Part shown: piece by piece, positions 38,011 through 51,320 of the stretch | Layout: the number at the start of each line of letters is the position of its first letter | Numbering within the stretch: the stretch's first letter is position 1 | Position numbers and translations under genes: made by a program | Origin: Lingula anatina | Taxonomy: Eukaryota > Animalia > Brachiopoda | Direction: 5' to 3' | Assembly (NCBI GenBank): GCA_051362555.1 | Contig: CM120644.1 | Span: 12,298,567-12,362,566, forward strand | DNA length: 64,000 nucleotides | The notes under the pieces: generated by a model | Seen by the model: only the letters and a program-made list of their open reading frames with translations | What the model was told of the DNA's origin: nothing | Databases searched by the model: none

Positions 38011-39792
38011 AAGTTATTGGTCCCAGAGATTCTGTGCTAAAAGTAGGCCAATGACATGCATCGTTGCATCTTGGATTATGAATACAGCACCAGACACAAG
38101 TAAATTGATTTGGAAATCAAGTAAAAATTTTCATGACAAAAATGGCCTTCAATGAATCTTCCAGGATACTATAGTAATTTGATCTGACATCAGCATTTAT
38201 AGCAGGTTTATAAAGCCCTCTCTCTCTCTTCAAGCTTGTAACTGATTAGGACCTTTAACGACTGAATAATGGACAATCTCACACATCAAAGTCTGTCAAT
38301 TTCTACTAATTCATTAAGGAAGGTCTGAAAGACATATTCCCTGCTTCTATTGATTGAATCGTCAATTAATTATGCAACAGCTCAATTAAGGAGTAATATG
38401 GGGCTTACGTAATACAGAAACGTACACACTACCAGAAATAGTCTTAGGATTGATGCTGCAGATAAAATTTTCGACAAAAATAACAGCAATGACATATGAT
38501 TAGTCTGTACTTTCAATCAACTTGCAAGTTTACATTAACACCTAATCTAAAAGGAGAAAGCTGAGAAAAAATTGGCTTACCATACCCTACCCTGTAGACT
38601 GTCTTAATTTGTAAAAATTGCATTTTGTTTACAAAAATACCCTTTGTCGTCAGGGACCTTTTCTCATTAAATACACACAAAAATATCTTAAAACTAGTGT
38701 TAAAGCACTTACTCATGAAATGCAAATTTTGGAAAATATAATGATTGAAACTCTTATATAATAGGAGACACTGAATGATGAAGGGTTTCTGTTGCCTGCA
38801 ATGTCAGGTAATCAATAGACCAGATTTGGCATGAAATAAAATGTTTCCAGTCAGACCTATGTATATCCCAGTTCAATTCATGTCAGACGGCTACCTGATT
38901 ATAATTAGGTCCATTAAATGCAGAAGTTAATTACTTTGAATTATTGAAAAATAGGACTTGTCTTATTAAATGAAACACTCTCTTAGAATAATAATTACTT
39001 GTTTATATTCATATCATGTCTTAAAATAGCATTTGGTATATTTAGGAGTAAATCAGAGTACTTTTTGTAAATTAAAAGTCAGTGCTGAATAAGGCTTGAC
39101 CAAATTAATGCACATTCTAAATTGCACTCAAATTTCCGGAAATTAACAAATTATAAACATTTAAAGTTCCGCTAATGTCTGTGTTCCTGCTTTCTGCTAC
39201 CATGACAAAATCAAATAAATCATCTGTCTCCTTGCAAAAAAATGGACAGGCTCTTGTGAGCTCAGGATATGGAAAATTCAGAAAAGAATTTCTCAGAGGA
39301 AATATAATTCTGTAACTAAATTGTGATCAATAACATTTAACTGGATACTCCCCCTAAGCAAACAGCTGTACCCTCAATTTACTTCATTCCCAAAGGCATG
39401 ACTCCGGGTCTAGAGACAGCCAATCCCATATTGATAAATAAAAGCTCTATAATTTTTCAGCTGACATCTAACTTAAAGAGAAATTAAAAGTCTGATGGCA
39501 AGTTTTCGATCAACCTTGTGCTGCCAGAGCTTCGTTTATGAAATTTTCCTATAGGGTCCTATTGGACATCCTTAATCTCTCTGTAACCACGCCCAATTTT
39601 TCACAAAAATTTTATTCATCAGTTCAATCTGGAAAGTTGAGATTATACTTGTACATGATTGTACCAATGGTGAGACATGTACATGATTGCGTGTTTATCA
39701 TTATATAAATTATCTCATATAAAGTATCAAAATGCATTAATATGGAGGCACACTAGCTTGTGTGCATTTACCTTGTCATCAGTAACAAACTA

Positions 39793-42520
39793 CCCAGCTA
39801 GAATGGGAGCCCCGGCTGCCCACAGGAGCCCAGGCTGCCAGAGAGACTGCCAGGGAGACTGTCCTTTTGCAGTCTGGGGCTCCAGTGTGCAGTCTCCTTG
39901 AGCAGGCAGACTGCAAAGGGGGCTGCAATAACTTAAATATTTTTGCAGGGGACTGCAAAGGAGGCTGCAATAACTTAAACATTTTGCAGGGGACTGCAAA
40001 GGGGGCTTCAATAACTTCAACATTTTGCAGGGGACTGCATAGGAGGCTGCAATAACTTAGGCATTTTTGCAGGAGACTGCAAAGGGGGCTGCAATAACTT
40101 AGGCATTTTTGCAGGAGACTGCAAAGGGGGCTGCAATAACTTAAATATTTTGCACGGGACTGCAAAGGAGGCTGCAATAACTGACATTTTTAACGTTGCC
40201 CAACGTATGCAATAAAAAACCCAATAGTTACTTAAAAAGTGTTTCTATTCGCAACTGAGAAGCATGTATGCTAATCTTTTGATCAGTTATCAGGCTTAAA
40301 AGAAAACATTTTCTTTTTATTTTAATAAATGTTAAAACAGCTTGTCAAAATGACTTTAAAATTGTTTGGGTTAAAAGCAGTTGTTAGCTTTAATCCTCCA
40401 AGCTATATATACACTCATATATAGTACATTTACTTCACCTATAAAAAATAACTGAGTGAACAGATTTATATTTTTTAAATAATGCTGTGAAAATATTATA
40501 TGCTTAACCATTGCTATTATTATCATTGAAATTAGACAAATGATTGAAGTCTTATTTTAATATACAATTGCAAAATGTATAAATTTTAAACCTCACAGTT
40601 AGCATCAATATAAGTTGGACTTAAAATCAACTGGTAACTTTCAATAGACCAAATTCATTTCAAGTTAGGGGCATGTTTATCTTAACTGTCAGTTTGATAT
40701 AAACAGTCCGCCTACAGCTTGCTCAATGAGATCAAATTACTATACTGGACAGTACATAGCACAGTTTAAACAGGCAGTTGTCCGTTGGGCTGATTCAAAT
40801 ATCTAAGCCAGAAGCTATAGGTCAGGAATGTTCTAAGGAAGAGGCAAGAAATCTGAAAACATTGATTTCTGGATTGAAAAAGAAGACATTTTTAGGAAAT
40901 ATAGAAAGAAAAATGAAGAGATAAAGAGACAGGATAAGAAGTGAGCATGCAAGCCTTTTTGGTTTTGTATTTTCCTACATGTATAGTTTACTGATGCACC
41001 AGGATCCATAGAGCCTTGGAAAGTGTTCAATTTTAACCCAGCACTTTGAATTCTGTTTGTGGTTTTGAAAAGTACTTGGAATTGCTATTAAGCTAGAAAA
41101 AGGTTTGCATTTAACCATTTTGGTCCTTGTAAAAATCTTATTTTAAATTCTTTAGTTTTTGGCATGAATATCAACAATAATTCACAGATGAGGATAATTA
41201 CCTTTTAAAACATCTCTGTACATTTCATCATCATGCAGTGTGTTAAAAATACCAAGTTTAAATGAAATGAGCCTTTTTTCCTTTGGTATGTACACTTTAA
41301 AATTGTATTAGTGTATAACTTGCCCTCATTAGTTGAAAAAACCTTAAAAATTACTTGAAATATTGCTGTTATATGTCTGTATATGTGAATCCTGGTCAGT
41401 GAATTCTGTGATAGAGTTTTTGGAATGATTAAATAACATACAGTAGAATTCCCAGCCCTCTGCTAATATGGGCTTTGTAGAAAAATATATATATGTAAAG
41501 CAGTAAACTGAAGTAAATTGTATGGAGAGAAATAAACCAATATGTTAGATATAAATGGATCAGATAACATACATTTTATGATCAAGGGGAAATTTTGTAT
41601 TTAGATTTGAACTTAAACACATACTTTGGAGAAAGATTATTTCTAAATTCCTTTTGATAAATGTAATTATTGTTTGAATATACAAAAAATAAATAAATAA
41701 ATAAATAAATAAATAAAATATATAAATAAAAAGATTTTACCAAATTTTATTTTGCCAGTTGCCTAGGGAGACTGCAGAGTAGACTGCTAGAGGGGCTGCC
41801 AAGCAGACTGCTAGGGGGGCTGCCAAGCAGACTGCCAGGGGGACTGCCAAGCAGACTGCTAGGGGGGCTGCCAAAGCAGACTGCTAGGGGGACTGCCCAG
41901 GCAGTCCCTCTGGCAGCGCGTTCCAAAAATGCAAATTAAGACTGCCAGGGAGACTGCCAAGCAGACTGCTAGGGGGGCTGCCAAGCAGACTGCTAGGGGG
42001 GCTGCCAAAGCAGACTGCTAGGGGGACTGCCCAGGCAGTCCCTCTGGCAGCGCGTTCCAAAAATGCAAATTAAGACTGCCAGGGAGACTGCCAAGCAGAC
42101 TGCTAGGGGGGCTGCCAAAGCAGACTGCTAGGGGGACTGCCCAGGCAGTCCCTCTGGCAGCGCGTTCCAAAAATGCAAATTAAGACTGCCAGAGGGACTG
42201 CCAAGCAGACTGCCAAGGGGGCTGCCAAGCAGACTGCTAGGGGGACTGCCAAGCAGACTGCTAGGGGGGCTGCCAAGCAGACTGCTAGGGGGGCTGCCAA
42301 AGCAGACTGCTAGGGGGACTGCCCAGGCAGTCCCCCTGGCAGCGCGTTCCAAAAATGCAAATTAAGACTGCCAAGGGGACTCCCTCCATACTTAAGGATA
42401 CCTGCAAAGGAGGCTGCTATGGGAGCGGGGACTGCTAGGGAGACTGCAAAGCAGGCTCCATGGGGGGACTGTAAAGGAGACTGCAAGCAGACTGCAAAGG
42501 GGACTACTTTTCTAGCTGGG
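39793..42520. mobile_element. 2.7-kb non-autonomous DNA transposon, probably CMC/EnSpm-like, with subterminal CTGC-repeat arrays
   Basis: TIRs CCCAGCTAGAA / TTCTAGCTGGG flanked by TA on both sides. The left array of ~41-bp units (39910-40180) and the right array of ~24-bp units with higher-order blocks (41760-42510) are both built on GACTGC(A/C/T)A(A/G)GGGGG(G/A)CTGC. The middle is AT-rich and non-coding. The superfamily call is inferred from the CCCAG ends and 2-bp TSD. Confidence 0.8.
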
Positions 42521-44735
42521 TAGCACCAAACACTGTCCTGAAAATTATCAACATGGGAATATATCACTGACTAGAAAAAGCACTTTGGGACCAGCAGGGC
42601 AGGGCAGCACAATTATCTTTATCAATCACTTAATGCATCACCATCCAAAACCTAACTGTTCCAAGTATGTTTCTGACCTAATATTCCTAAAAATATGATC
42701 AAAAGCCAAAAACTAACAAACTTACGAAAGGTAAAGCATAACCTCCCCAGCAGCTGCAATAAATACACGCTACTAGTATATGCATGTATGGGACTGGGAA
42801 GGGCTGAACTTAATAACCTTAAAATAAATCAACAAATACTGTACATCCAGTCTAGGTGCACATGAACCATTATGAAAACACATAAGGAAATTCTTTCAAA
42901 CACGTGTTTTTTAGGGTAAAAGTGTGCATATCGTTGCTCACAGTTGGACAAAAACATCTGGAATTCATCTTCAAAACTTTGAGGATACACCATTCTTGCC
43001 GGAGAGAAAAACTGACTTCTAACCAGATTTAAAGGGAATTGATTAAGTTCAGGTGCCAGTGTCTAAAAACACACTTTTGATATTATATAATGGAAAGTTT
43101 TTCACAACCTTTGGCTAACACAATTTGTTGGGGTGTTGACCATACATAATCAGTACAATATGAAAATTGTGCTGAAGTTAAAACCAAATTTACTAGAACG
43201 CCACTGAAAATACTTTTAGAGAAATCACTCAGAAGAGAAGAAACACCTTTTTTAAGTGGAGAAGGGAGAATGACCTAAAATCACATTATTCATTTTGATC
43301 AGCTGGCTATTATGATTAGATCACCATAGGGAATTAACTTCCATTTAATCCTTTAGTAGACCCGCCCACCTCCATCCTCAATGAGGCATATGTCATTAGA
43401 AATTCTTATTTTAAAATAATTACATTAATTCAATAATTCTTATGTGATACTGACAGAACTATTACAAATATCACCCAATCATATACAGTAGACATGTGCG
43501 TGATGCGACGTATATGGCATTTGATACAAAATAAATGCAGGTACATTAAATACTTTACCAGAAGCAGTTAATTTCAATATTTAAAACGAGCTGCTAGGAT
43601 AGGTCTTATCAGACTGCTATCATGCTAGATAAACTCTTCCTAAAATGTAAAGTTCTGAAAACACGACTATGGTCTATGCACTCATTTCACTCCGCATGAC
43701 AGACGAACTGACAAAGAACAAAAGATTTTGCAGTTAGAGACAATGCTATTAGACACCTTAAAACTAATCCAATTACCCTGTGATAAGTGAGAGCAATTTT
43801 CCCTTTTATTGGCTCAGGACCAACACATGAGATGGTTTATGCTGATTTGAATCAATTGAGATCATCTAATCAACTACCACAGCCATGAGGGACATGCAAG
43901 ATCAATGTATTGAATGGATGTGATAATTGAAATATACGACCACGGTGACTTGTTTAATAACCTTCACACGAACGCATGCTGATGCATGCATGTGAGTAAT
44001 GACAACAAGGGAGATGGGGGGGGGGGGGTGTCCATCAATCAGCGGACCTTCTGTAGGTCCTTGAATCACTTTTATGTATGTGATGCTAATATGCTAGTAC
44101 ATATGGATATGTTACTCTACTATGTTGCTATAACATAGGTGTAGACACTCAGTGACACATACACACACATGCATACACATGCACGCACACACATGCAAAT
44201 CTCAATGTTGAGAATTTGAGAAAGCGAAAAAAAATGTGAAAGAGTTCTTGTGAAGACATGCTAGGAAAAAAAAAGTTTTCAAATAATAGACTTAAAAATC
44301 TGTAATTTTGCTTAAGTTCTAATGCTGTTGATGGCAAGAGTTTTTCTTGTCAGAGGACTAGGCTGCTTTATGCATATCTAATAACATTTTATACCTGTAC
44401 TCATATGAGACCATTTTACCTAAAACAAGGATCCAGAATCTGTACATTGGATCTTAGGTTTGCTCTTTCATGCAAGCTTGTTACACCCTCAAGTGTTTTT
44501 GTCTCCAATAGAGTATAAATACATAAAAAACAGCCTTAAGTTGTTTATCTTTTTACTCTTCCAATCAATTCCAGGGGTCTTTCAACAAGCTATAGCTGAA
44601 GAAGCATTGATAAATGTGCTGCTCATATATTGATCCCCCTCTCCCTCCAACAAGTGTTAAAGTATATATCAAAAACAAGTCCCACGTAGTCTTACACCTT
44701 TGAACCCTACGTCTCACCACATGAATAACAATTAA

Positions 44736-44962
44736 GGGCTCATTCCCAATGAAACTATTGGTCCAAGTAAACCGATCCAACTCTGTCGGGACACTCCACT
44801 TCTTGTTTCCAATGCATTCATATAATCCCCAGCTTTTCTGTATTCTTTTCAAACCCTGGAGGAGGTATGTTAATTAATCTGTTAATTTGATTGCATTCAG
44901 CAAGAGTCCCCATGGAGTTGGACAGATCTACATAGATTGATAGCTTTATTGGGAACGAGCAC
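44736..44962. mobile_element. PIF/Harbinger-like foldback MITE, subfamily B
   Basis: TAA TSD; TIRs GGGCTCATTCCCAATGAAAC / CTTTATTGGGAACGAGCAC; interior similar to 59845-60101 and 63440-63679. Confidence 0.8.
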
Positions 44963-46167
44963 TAAGATCCCAAACAGGAACGGGTGAACTAAAACAGCTT
45001 TACTATTTAACTTAAATGGTAAAGGAAGCATTTTAAAATTGTTTCTTAAGAGACAATCAACAATGTTTACACGTGAAGCATGATGTTTGAGATGTGATCA
45101 GGGCTCTTTGATAAAGTAAAAAAATGCAAAGCCTCACAAGTATAAAACAGGTACTAGTATATTAATCATTTTGGGCATATTTCCTTATTTTTATAATCTT
45201 TACAGAGAGAACATGAGAAGCACACTGCAGTGTAACTTCATGTGGTAAACAGTTTGATGATATTAATTAAAAATCTAGGCCTTCCAGTTGAGCCTTTGTA
45301 CATTATCTAATACCAGTAGTTTTTAAAAAGACTTTCCAACCAGTTTTCATGATGTTCAACACTCCCTACAGGTTGTACATATAACATGGGTACAAACAAA
45401 CAGTCATTACTTCCTCAATCCTGTCTAAAAACGATTTTAATCAGCCTATTTTTGTTCAGGACCTGCTTTATAACTATGAATTCCATTTCAATTAACTCTT
45501 CTTACCCTGCAAGTCTGTATTTTATAACATAATAATAAAATAATGATAACAATAGGTATACACTGTAAATCTCAATACATCGTTATGGGCACGTTTTATG
45601 AGTTAAGCAGACTTACATGTGGAAATTTGAAAATGAAGAAGCAATCTTGCAACATCTCTGACACTCTCAGTCTTTTCTCCACATATTAACTTTTGGTATA
45701 CCTAATTAAAGCTAACACATTTTGACAACTTCTTACTAATGGTGTTGGGTAAAACATATGAGGGCCATTGGCCTTATCAGCCTGGTAAGACAGCGTTTAA
45801 TTGGATACAAAAAAGGTAATAAAAACTTTCATCTCTCAGCATGTTTAACCACATTCCACCTTAAGAAATATCTAAAAGTTCCCTCAAAAGCCTGATATGT
45901 TACAAATGGTACCAATTAACAAAAATATACGTTCAAATGACGTCACAAGACATAAAAAGTTGTTCAGGGTCAGACCTTCATAAAATAATTAACTTAACCA
46001 CAAAGTTGTTTAAACTTACATGCCAAAAATTTAGGCTACTCAGACTAAAGATAAATCATCAGAAGTCCAATTAAATCAAATATAACAAGCCTGCTTCCAA
46101 ATAGCGCTTACTTTTTAAAAAGTGTACTTCTACAAATTTCTCTTGAATTTAAATAGACCACGTCTAA

Positions 46168-46415
46168 GGGCTTATTCCCTTTGAAACCTTCAGTATCAAG
46201 ATTGTTCCAGCTCTGCCAGGACTCTCACTGAATTCAGTCAGATTAGCAGGTTAATATGCTTGTTTCCAATTTACTTGTATAATCATCTGCTTTTCTGTAT
46301 TTTACTTAATGCCCAAAGGAAGCGTGTTAATCTGCTAACCTGGTTGCATTCAGCCACAATCTTCGCAGAGTTGGGTAGATCCATGTAGACCAATATTTCC
46401 AATGGTAATGAGCCC
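46168..46415. mobile_element. PIF/Harbinger-like foldback MITE, subfamily B-related
   Basis: TAA TSD; TIRs GGGCTTATTCCCTTTGAAA / TTTCCAATGGTAATGAGCCC; internal inverted arms CAGATTAGCAGG / CTGCTAACCTG. Confidence 0.78.
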
Positions 46416-47100
46416 TAAGGTAAAATTTCTGAAGACATTAAGGCCCCATTCAGATTGTCGTGGCCTTGCTAGAACTCGGCTCTTCTCATTCTGAAGACAT
46501 TAATAATCCAAAATAGCAGCTTAGGGGCAACCAACCCATAAAACATTCACACTTCACTTACTAGTACATACTCATAAGATACATGTGCCCCCTACCCCCT
46601 GTAATGTTAAAAGAAAATCTTTCTTCAGATCTCCAACATTCCTTTTGACTCTTTCCTATTGCTACATGCAATGTAACAACAATGCATTTTAGGGATTATA
46701 TTAATATAATATTGCATAATATAAAACTGATCCTTAAAAACTCCCAACTTTAACAATTAGCACTAGATTTAATGAACTTACCAACCACACCATACAAACA
46801 AACTGGACAAAATGAAACTTGCAAGTTTATTAGAAAATTGAGTCCCAGGTTAAGCTGTATACGTTATGAAATGTGTCAAAAAATTCATCACATGCCTAAC
46901 GTAATTTAATCTTTCAAAACACACCACAGTCAATATAACATGAGAACTATTAACCTGTCACTATGCCAATATATGAACTGCTGCAAAATACTAACTTTAA
47001 TGGAACCAGGACTGAGATAAAAACATTCACATCCCCAACTTTATATATGTAACAGTGGTATCATCTTAGTCTCCACACATAAATGCAACAATGGCATCAC

Positions 47101-47420
47101 ACTTACCCTGCTCCGGGCTAGACAGGCTCTTTATGAGATATTAAAGAGTTAAGAAGTCTTATGTCAACGATTAATGCACAGTGCAGTACTCACCCCACGA
47201 CAGGCAGTGGAGGTATGCCTTATTGGCGTGAAAGCCGCGTATTGATTGCTATTGTGAGCCTGGCGCAGCCAACCAATGGTGCTCCAGAGGCAGCTATTTG
47301 CTCAGTCGTTCAATGGAGGGCATTATATTTTGACTTTGTGGTTGTTTCATAGAGCAAGGTATCTTTTGAAGATATTACAATGCGGCAGCGGTATTTTTTC
47401 ATATGGTCCACCAATGGTGA
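47101..47420 (-). promoter_or_regulatory. Candidate promoter/first non-coding exon of the GPCR gene
   Basis: Local CpG/GC enrichment; two consensus minus-strand donors (CAGG|GTAAGT at ~47106, GGG|GTGAGTA at ~47193); CCAAT-type words at ~47222 and ~47273. Confidence 0.4.
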
Positions 47421-48129
47421 ATGTTTTCTGAGAAAACATCTACAAATAAACAAAAGAATGGCTGGGAGATAAAAGAAAGGGAGAGTTAAAAAGAATCTGG
47501 TACAAAGTGGAGAATTAAACTTAATTTCTGAATAACCTTGTTACGTATTTATGTTGTTAGATTTACTAAAATTAATTTTACACCCGATTTACACAATATA
47601 TATGCACGCGTGGGTCATTGTTATGAATGCACTAGTATACACATCTGGAGTACCTGTACAGAAACAGTGGTTTATCAGGATTCTGAATATAAAAAGTAAA
47701 CATAATTCATTCTTTTGACATGCCTCATACTCATGAAGTATTACCTTACTATGTATTCTTCAATTATTATGCAGTCATTGTGGAACCTTATAAGCCAGAG
47801 TTATTTAATACTGTACTACTTCGGAGACATGTGAACAAATGGACTGTCTTGGTTGTATTCATAACTACTTCAATGAATACTGCTAAATTATACAATATGA
47901 TCAATCCAGTATTTTGCAAATATATATTAAGTATATGAACAACTACTATGAAAAATAATTGTTTCTCATTGAACTACTAGCTAGAATAGTATAATATCAA
48001 TATCATAATCATGACTTTATTTGTCTGATCTTTTTTATTTTTTTGAATGTATTCTGTCCATTCATCTTTTCATTTGGTCTTTGTCCTTAAAGTGATTGAT
48101 AAATGATCAAAAATCTTAAGCCTAAGATG

Positions 48130-48297
48130 CAGGGGCGGATTTAAGCCGTCTTCTGGGTCTTCCGGAAGACGGTCAGATTTTCAAGTTTACATTATCGGGC
48201 ATCTTATATTTTCTGTCGGAAGACGGTCAAAAATGGAGGATGGATCAACAAAGATAATTTGGAAGACTGTCAGAAAATATCTCTGGATCCGCCCCTG
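48130..48297 (+). mobile_element. 168-bp MITE with CAGGGGCGGAT termini
   Basis: TIRs CAGGGGCGGAT / ATCCGCCCCTG; 7-bp direct repeat TAAGATG on both sides; homolog at 31441-31607. Confidence 0.9.
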
Positions 48298-49913
48298 TAA
48301 GATGGATCATTAAATTTTTAAAAATTCCATTATAACCAATTTCTATTCTTATGTAAAATAACTCTATGACAGCAATCCTTTTACGAACATTAATTGTAAA
48401 AATAAAATTGATCATTTTAAATACAATGAACCATACTAGTAATTAATCACTTTAAAAAACTATACCAACACCTGGGTTTATACAAATATGATTCATAATT
48501 CAAGGAAAAAACGTATTCAAATAAGCCATAGCGAAATGTGTAATTCATAGAGTAACTGTTTCTTGTTTAACTGAAAAAAATATGGCTAAATAAATATGGA
48601 ATAATGGGTGGCAGTTCTTTTTCTACAATAATAACTTCACATTGCAATCTGTAATCCTTACATGACTGAACCATGTATGCCACCTTAACTTTGTAATATG
48701 ATTGTAACTTTATTATTGTATATAATGGCAATAAATTGGTAAACTTCAGACATTCTCTCTGGATAACCTAGAACCTGTGGGGGAAAGTTTCATAATAAGC
48801 AGGATAAAAATCTGTACCTTCAGTAATTAACTAATTGGCATTTAAATATTCTTTCGTCTCACAGTTCACACCTATATACTACATCTACATAGGTGGGACA
48901 CATTAGGAAAACCACAGAAGAAAACATCAATCAAATACTTAATGCTTACAATAGGTTTTCCAATTATCAAAACAATTGTATTATAACCATGCCTTTAAAG
49001 ATCAATTCCATCTCATTAGACATGTTTCAGTGACTTCCATTAAAAGAAAAATAATCAGGTCAATTTATTGAGTCACCTGTTCTTATTGTTTTTAGTAAAA
49101 TGGAAAGATATAAATATGCAAGTGTTTGACTTGCTGGTATTAATTTTTCTGTTATTAAGGACTGAAGCTATCAAACCTGGCTGTATCTGGCATTGTGTTA
49201 GAGAAGCATGCATCTGGTCACACTGAAAAACACAATCCAATATGACCAGATACTGGACAATAAAAAGGCCAACAGTAGCAACTACAGAGCCAGAGAGGTG
49301 GTGACAAACTAAAAATAATCATTAAATTTTAAAATTTAGAGATTTTAAATGAAAAGATATTGAATTTCTCCTTTAAAGTTTTCTTTTTCAACAAAGTCTT
49401 TATTTGAATAGCATTTCAAGGTAAAGTTATAGTAAACTGTCCTCACTAAAAAAATCATCTCCACATTTCCATTTTCCTTTGACCCACTTAACTGCTGCTG
49501 GAAATCTATTACAATTTGACCTACCAATTGAAATAAGTTATTTCAGTATTCCCTCAAGTTATCTGGTTTGGCTGCCTTCACAGGCACCATATTACTACAT
49601 CAAAGTCATTCTACTTGACCACTAGCATGGTTTCAAGCATGCTCAATTTTCCAGGCATTAGCCGGGGGTGGGTGGGTGGGGAGAGGGGGGTGAACCTCCC
49701 ACCCTACCTTTTTTGTTGAAAAAAAAAATGATCCGCTCTGTGTAAAATTTGACCCAGGTACAGGAAATTTTCATGGTATTTCTATAAAAATTCCACATTT
49801 TCAGAAAGAGACCACCACCCCCATCCCCATTGATATTGCTGGCTATGGGGCTGTTTTGAAGTTCTCATTATTAGCATACTTTACAACCTAGCTGAGCACC
49901 CAGTATACCAGTA

Positions 49914-49914
49914 T

Positions 49915-49982
<68 letters not shown>

Positions 49983-49998
49983 TAAATAAATAAATAAA
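49914..49998. repeat. (AAT)n followed by (AAAT)n microsatellite
   Basis: Direct reading. Confidence 0.95.
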
Positions 49999-50879
49999 TG
50001 AAATGGTGTGCCTGAAACAGAAAACAAGAACTACATGCACCTTACACTGTTTGCCTTTACATAGTTTGTGTGCAACTCTTTGTTATAAAATATTTGTCCC
50101 AATAGTTGCCACGAGTATACTGGTGCCCTGTCATAAATTTAAAATATTTACAGTTTTCTGGCATCAAAACACATCTCATACAGAGATACTGGTATCAACA
50201 AAGTCTTAGCCTTTTAACTACAGTATCATGCCTTTTTCAAGGGATAAATATTGCATTTTGTCACTCCACTTTGTTCTTTATAAACCAATAATTGTTAGGA
50301 AGTCAAGTTCTACTGCATAGGCTTTAGGAAAAAATATTGTACTAGTATTTACTCAGTAGGTACTTTGTATTTTCTCATATTCAATGGACATTCAGGTATT
50401 TGCCTACCAAAATCCCATTGTTTTGTCTGTTTCATATCACTTTGCTTCAGAGATTGAAGAATCACAAATTAAACTTTTGTTCTTATTGTTGGACATAATT
50501 CAAGTGTCTGTGTCAAAATTAATAATTAATCAAGTTGGGTAATTTCACATGTGTAATTGTCACTAAAACAGAAAACTATTTGGATATAAATTGGACTGCT
50601 AAAAACTCGCAATCAGGCCCGTGGCTATGGGCCTTTAAAATTTCAAGCCCTAGTAATAATAATAATATTAAGGGGAAAATATTATGTCGACCGCAACCCC
50701 AAACTAAAGTGTGGACTGTACAGCTCATTTTTGAATTTACCGCCACAAAATAAAGTCACGTATATTTCACTTACAATTTTACAATAACTTTAATTCCACA
50801 TAATATTTCATCGAACATATTTTCCTGATTACACCATTATCAAGCCATTAGAAGAAAAGTTGTTTTAATAAGTTTAGCA

Positions 50880-51320
50880 AACTTACATCCTGATCACTTT
50901 CCCTGTGCATGTGTACCGGAACTTGTGACCTATATAAGTTACGTTCAGCTTCGGGCTTCGACGCATTTAATGAAATGTTCAAAATCATTATAAACAGGCA
51001 AAGGAAGGAAATTCAAACTATCAGTATTTATTTACTATATTTGAATTCATTAAGACTGCACTGATGTAAATGAAAAATATGTTTCTTTGAAAAAAATTCA
51101 TTCTCTGCGGTCCTTTCATATGTCAATTTCACCTATCCCTCTACAGGTAATTGCTCGATCCACTTTTGGAGTGCTTGGATGTTGTTCCTTCTTCCGGGTT
51201 TTCTAGCAAAGGGCGACTTCAGCAGTAAGGAGTGAAAGCGGAAGCAAAGTAAGCATAAGATGAACGCCGTGCTTCGCTGAGAAGTACCAACACAGTTCAA
51301 CTTGATCGGTAAGTAAAGCG
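50880..51320. promoter_or_regulatory. CpG-enriched promoter with the first non-coding exon of the WIP-like gene (donor at 51308/51309); possibly bidirectional
   Basis: CpG cluster; Ets-like CCGGAA (50917), CTTCCGG (~51191) and GCGGAAG (~51238); plus-strand donor TCG|GTAAGT; minus-strand donor GAT|GTAAGT at ~50886. Confidence 0.55.

Noticed and set aside
39910-42510. CRISPR-like appearance of the regularly spaced GC-rich repeats
   Set aside because: The intervening sequences are themselves repeated rather than unique spacers, there are no cas genes, the context is eukaryotic, and the arrays lie inside one TIR element.
39677-42567. Repetitive ORFs (CLSYCSPLCS..., LAAPLAVC...)
   Set aside because: Translations of minisatellite units, open in several frames on both strands, with no splice or domain support.
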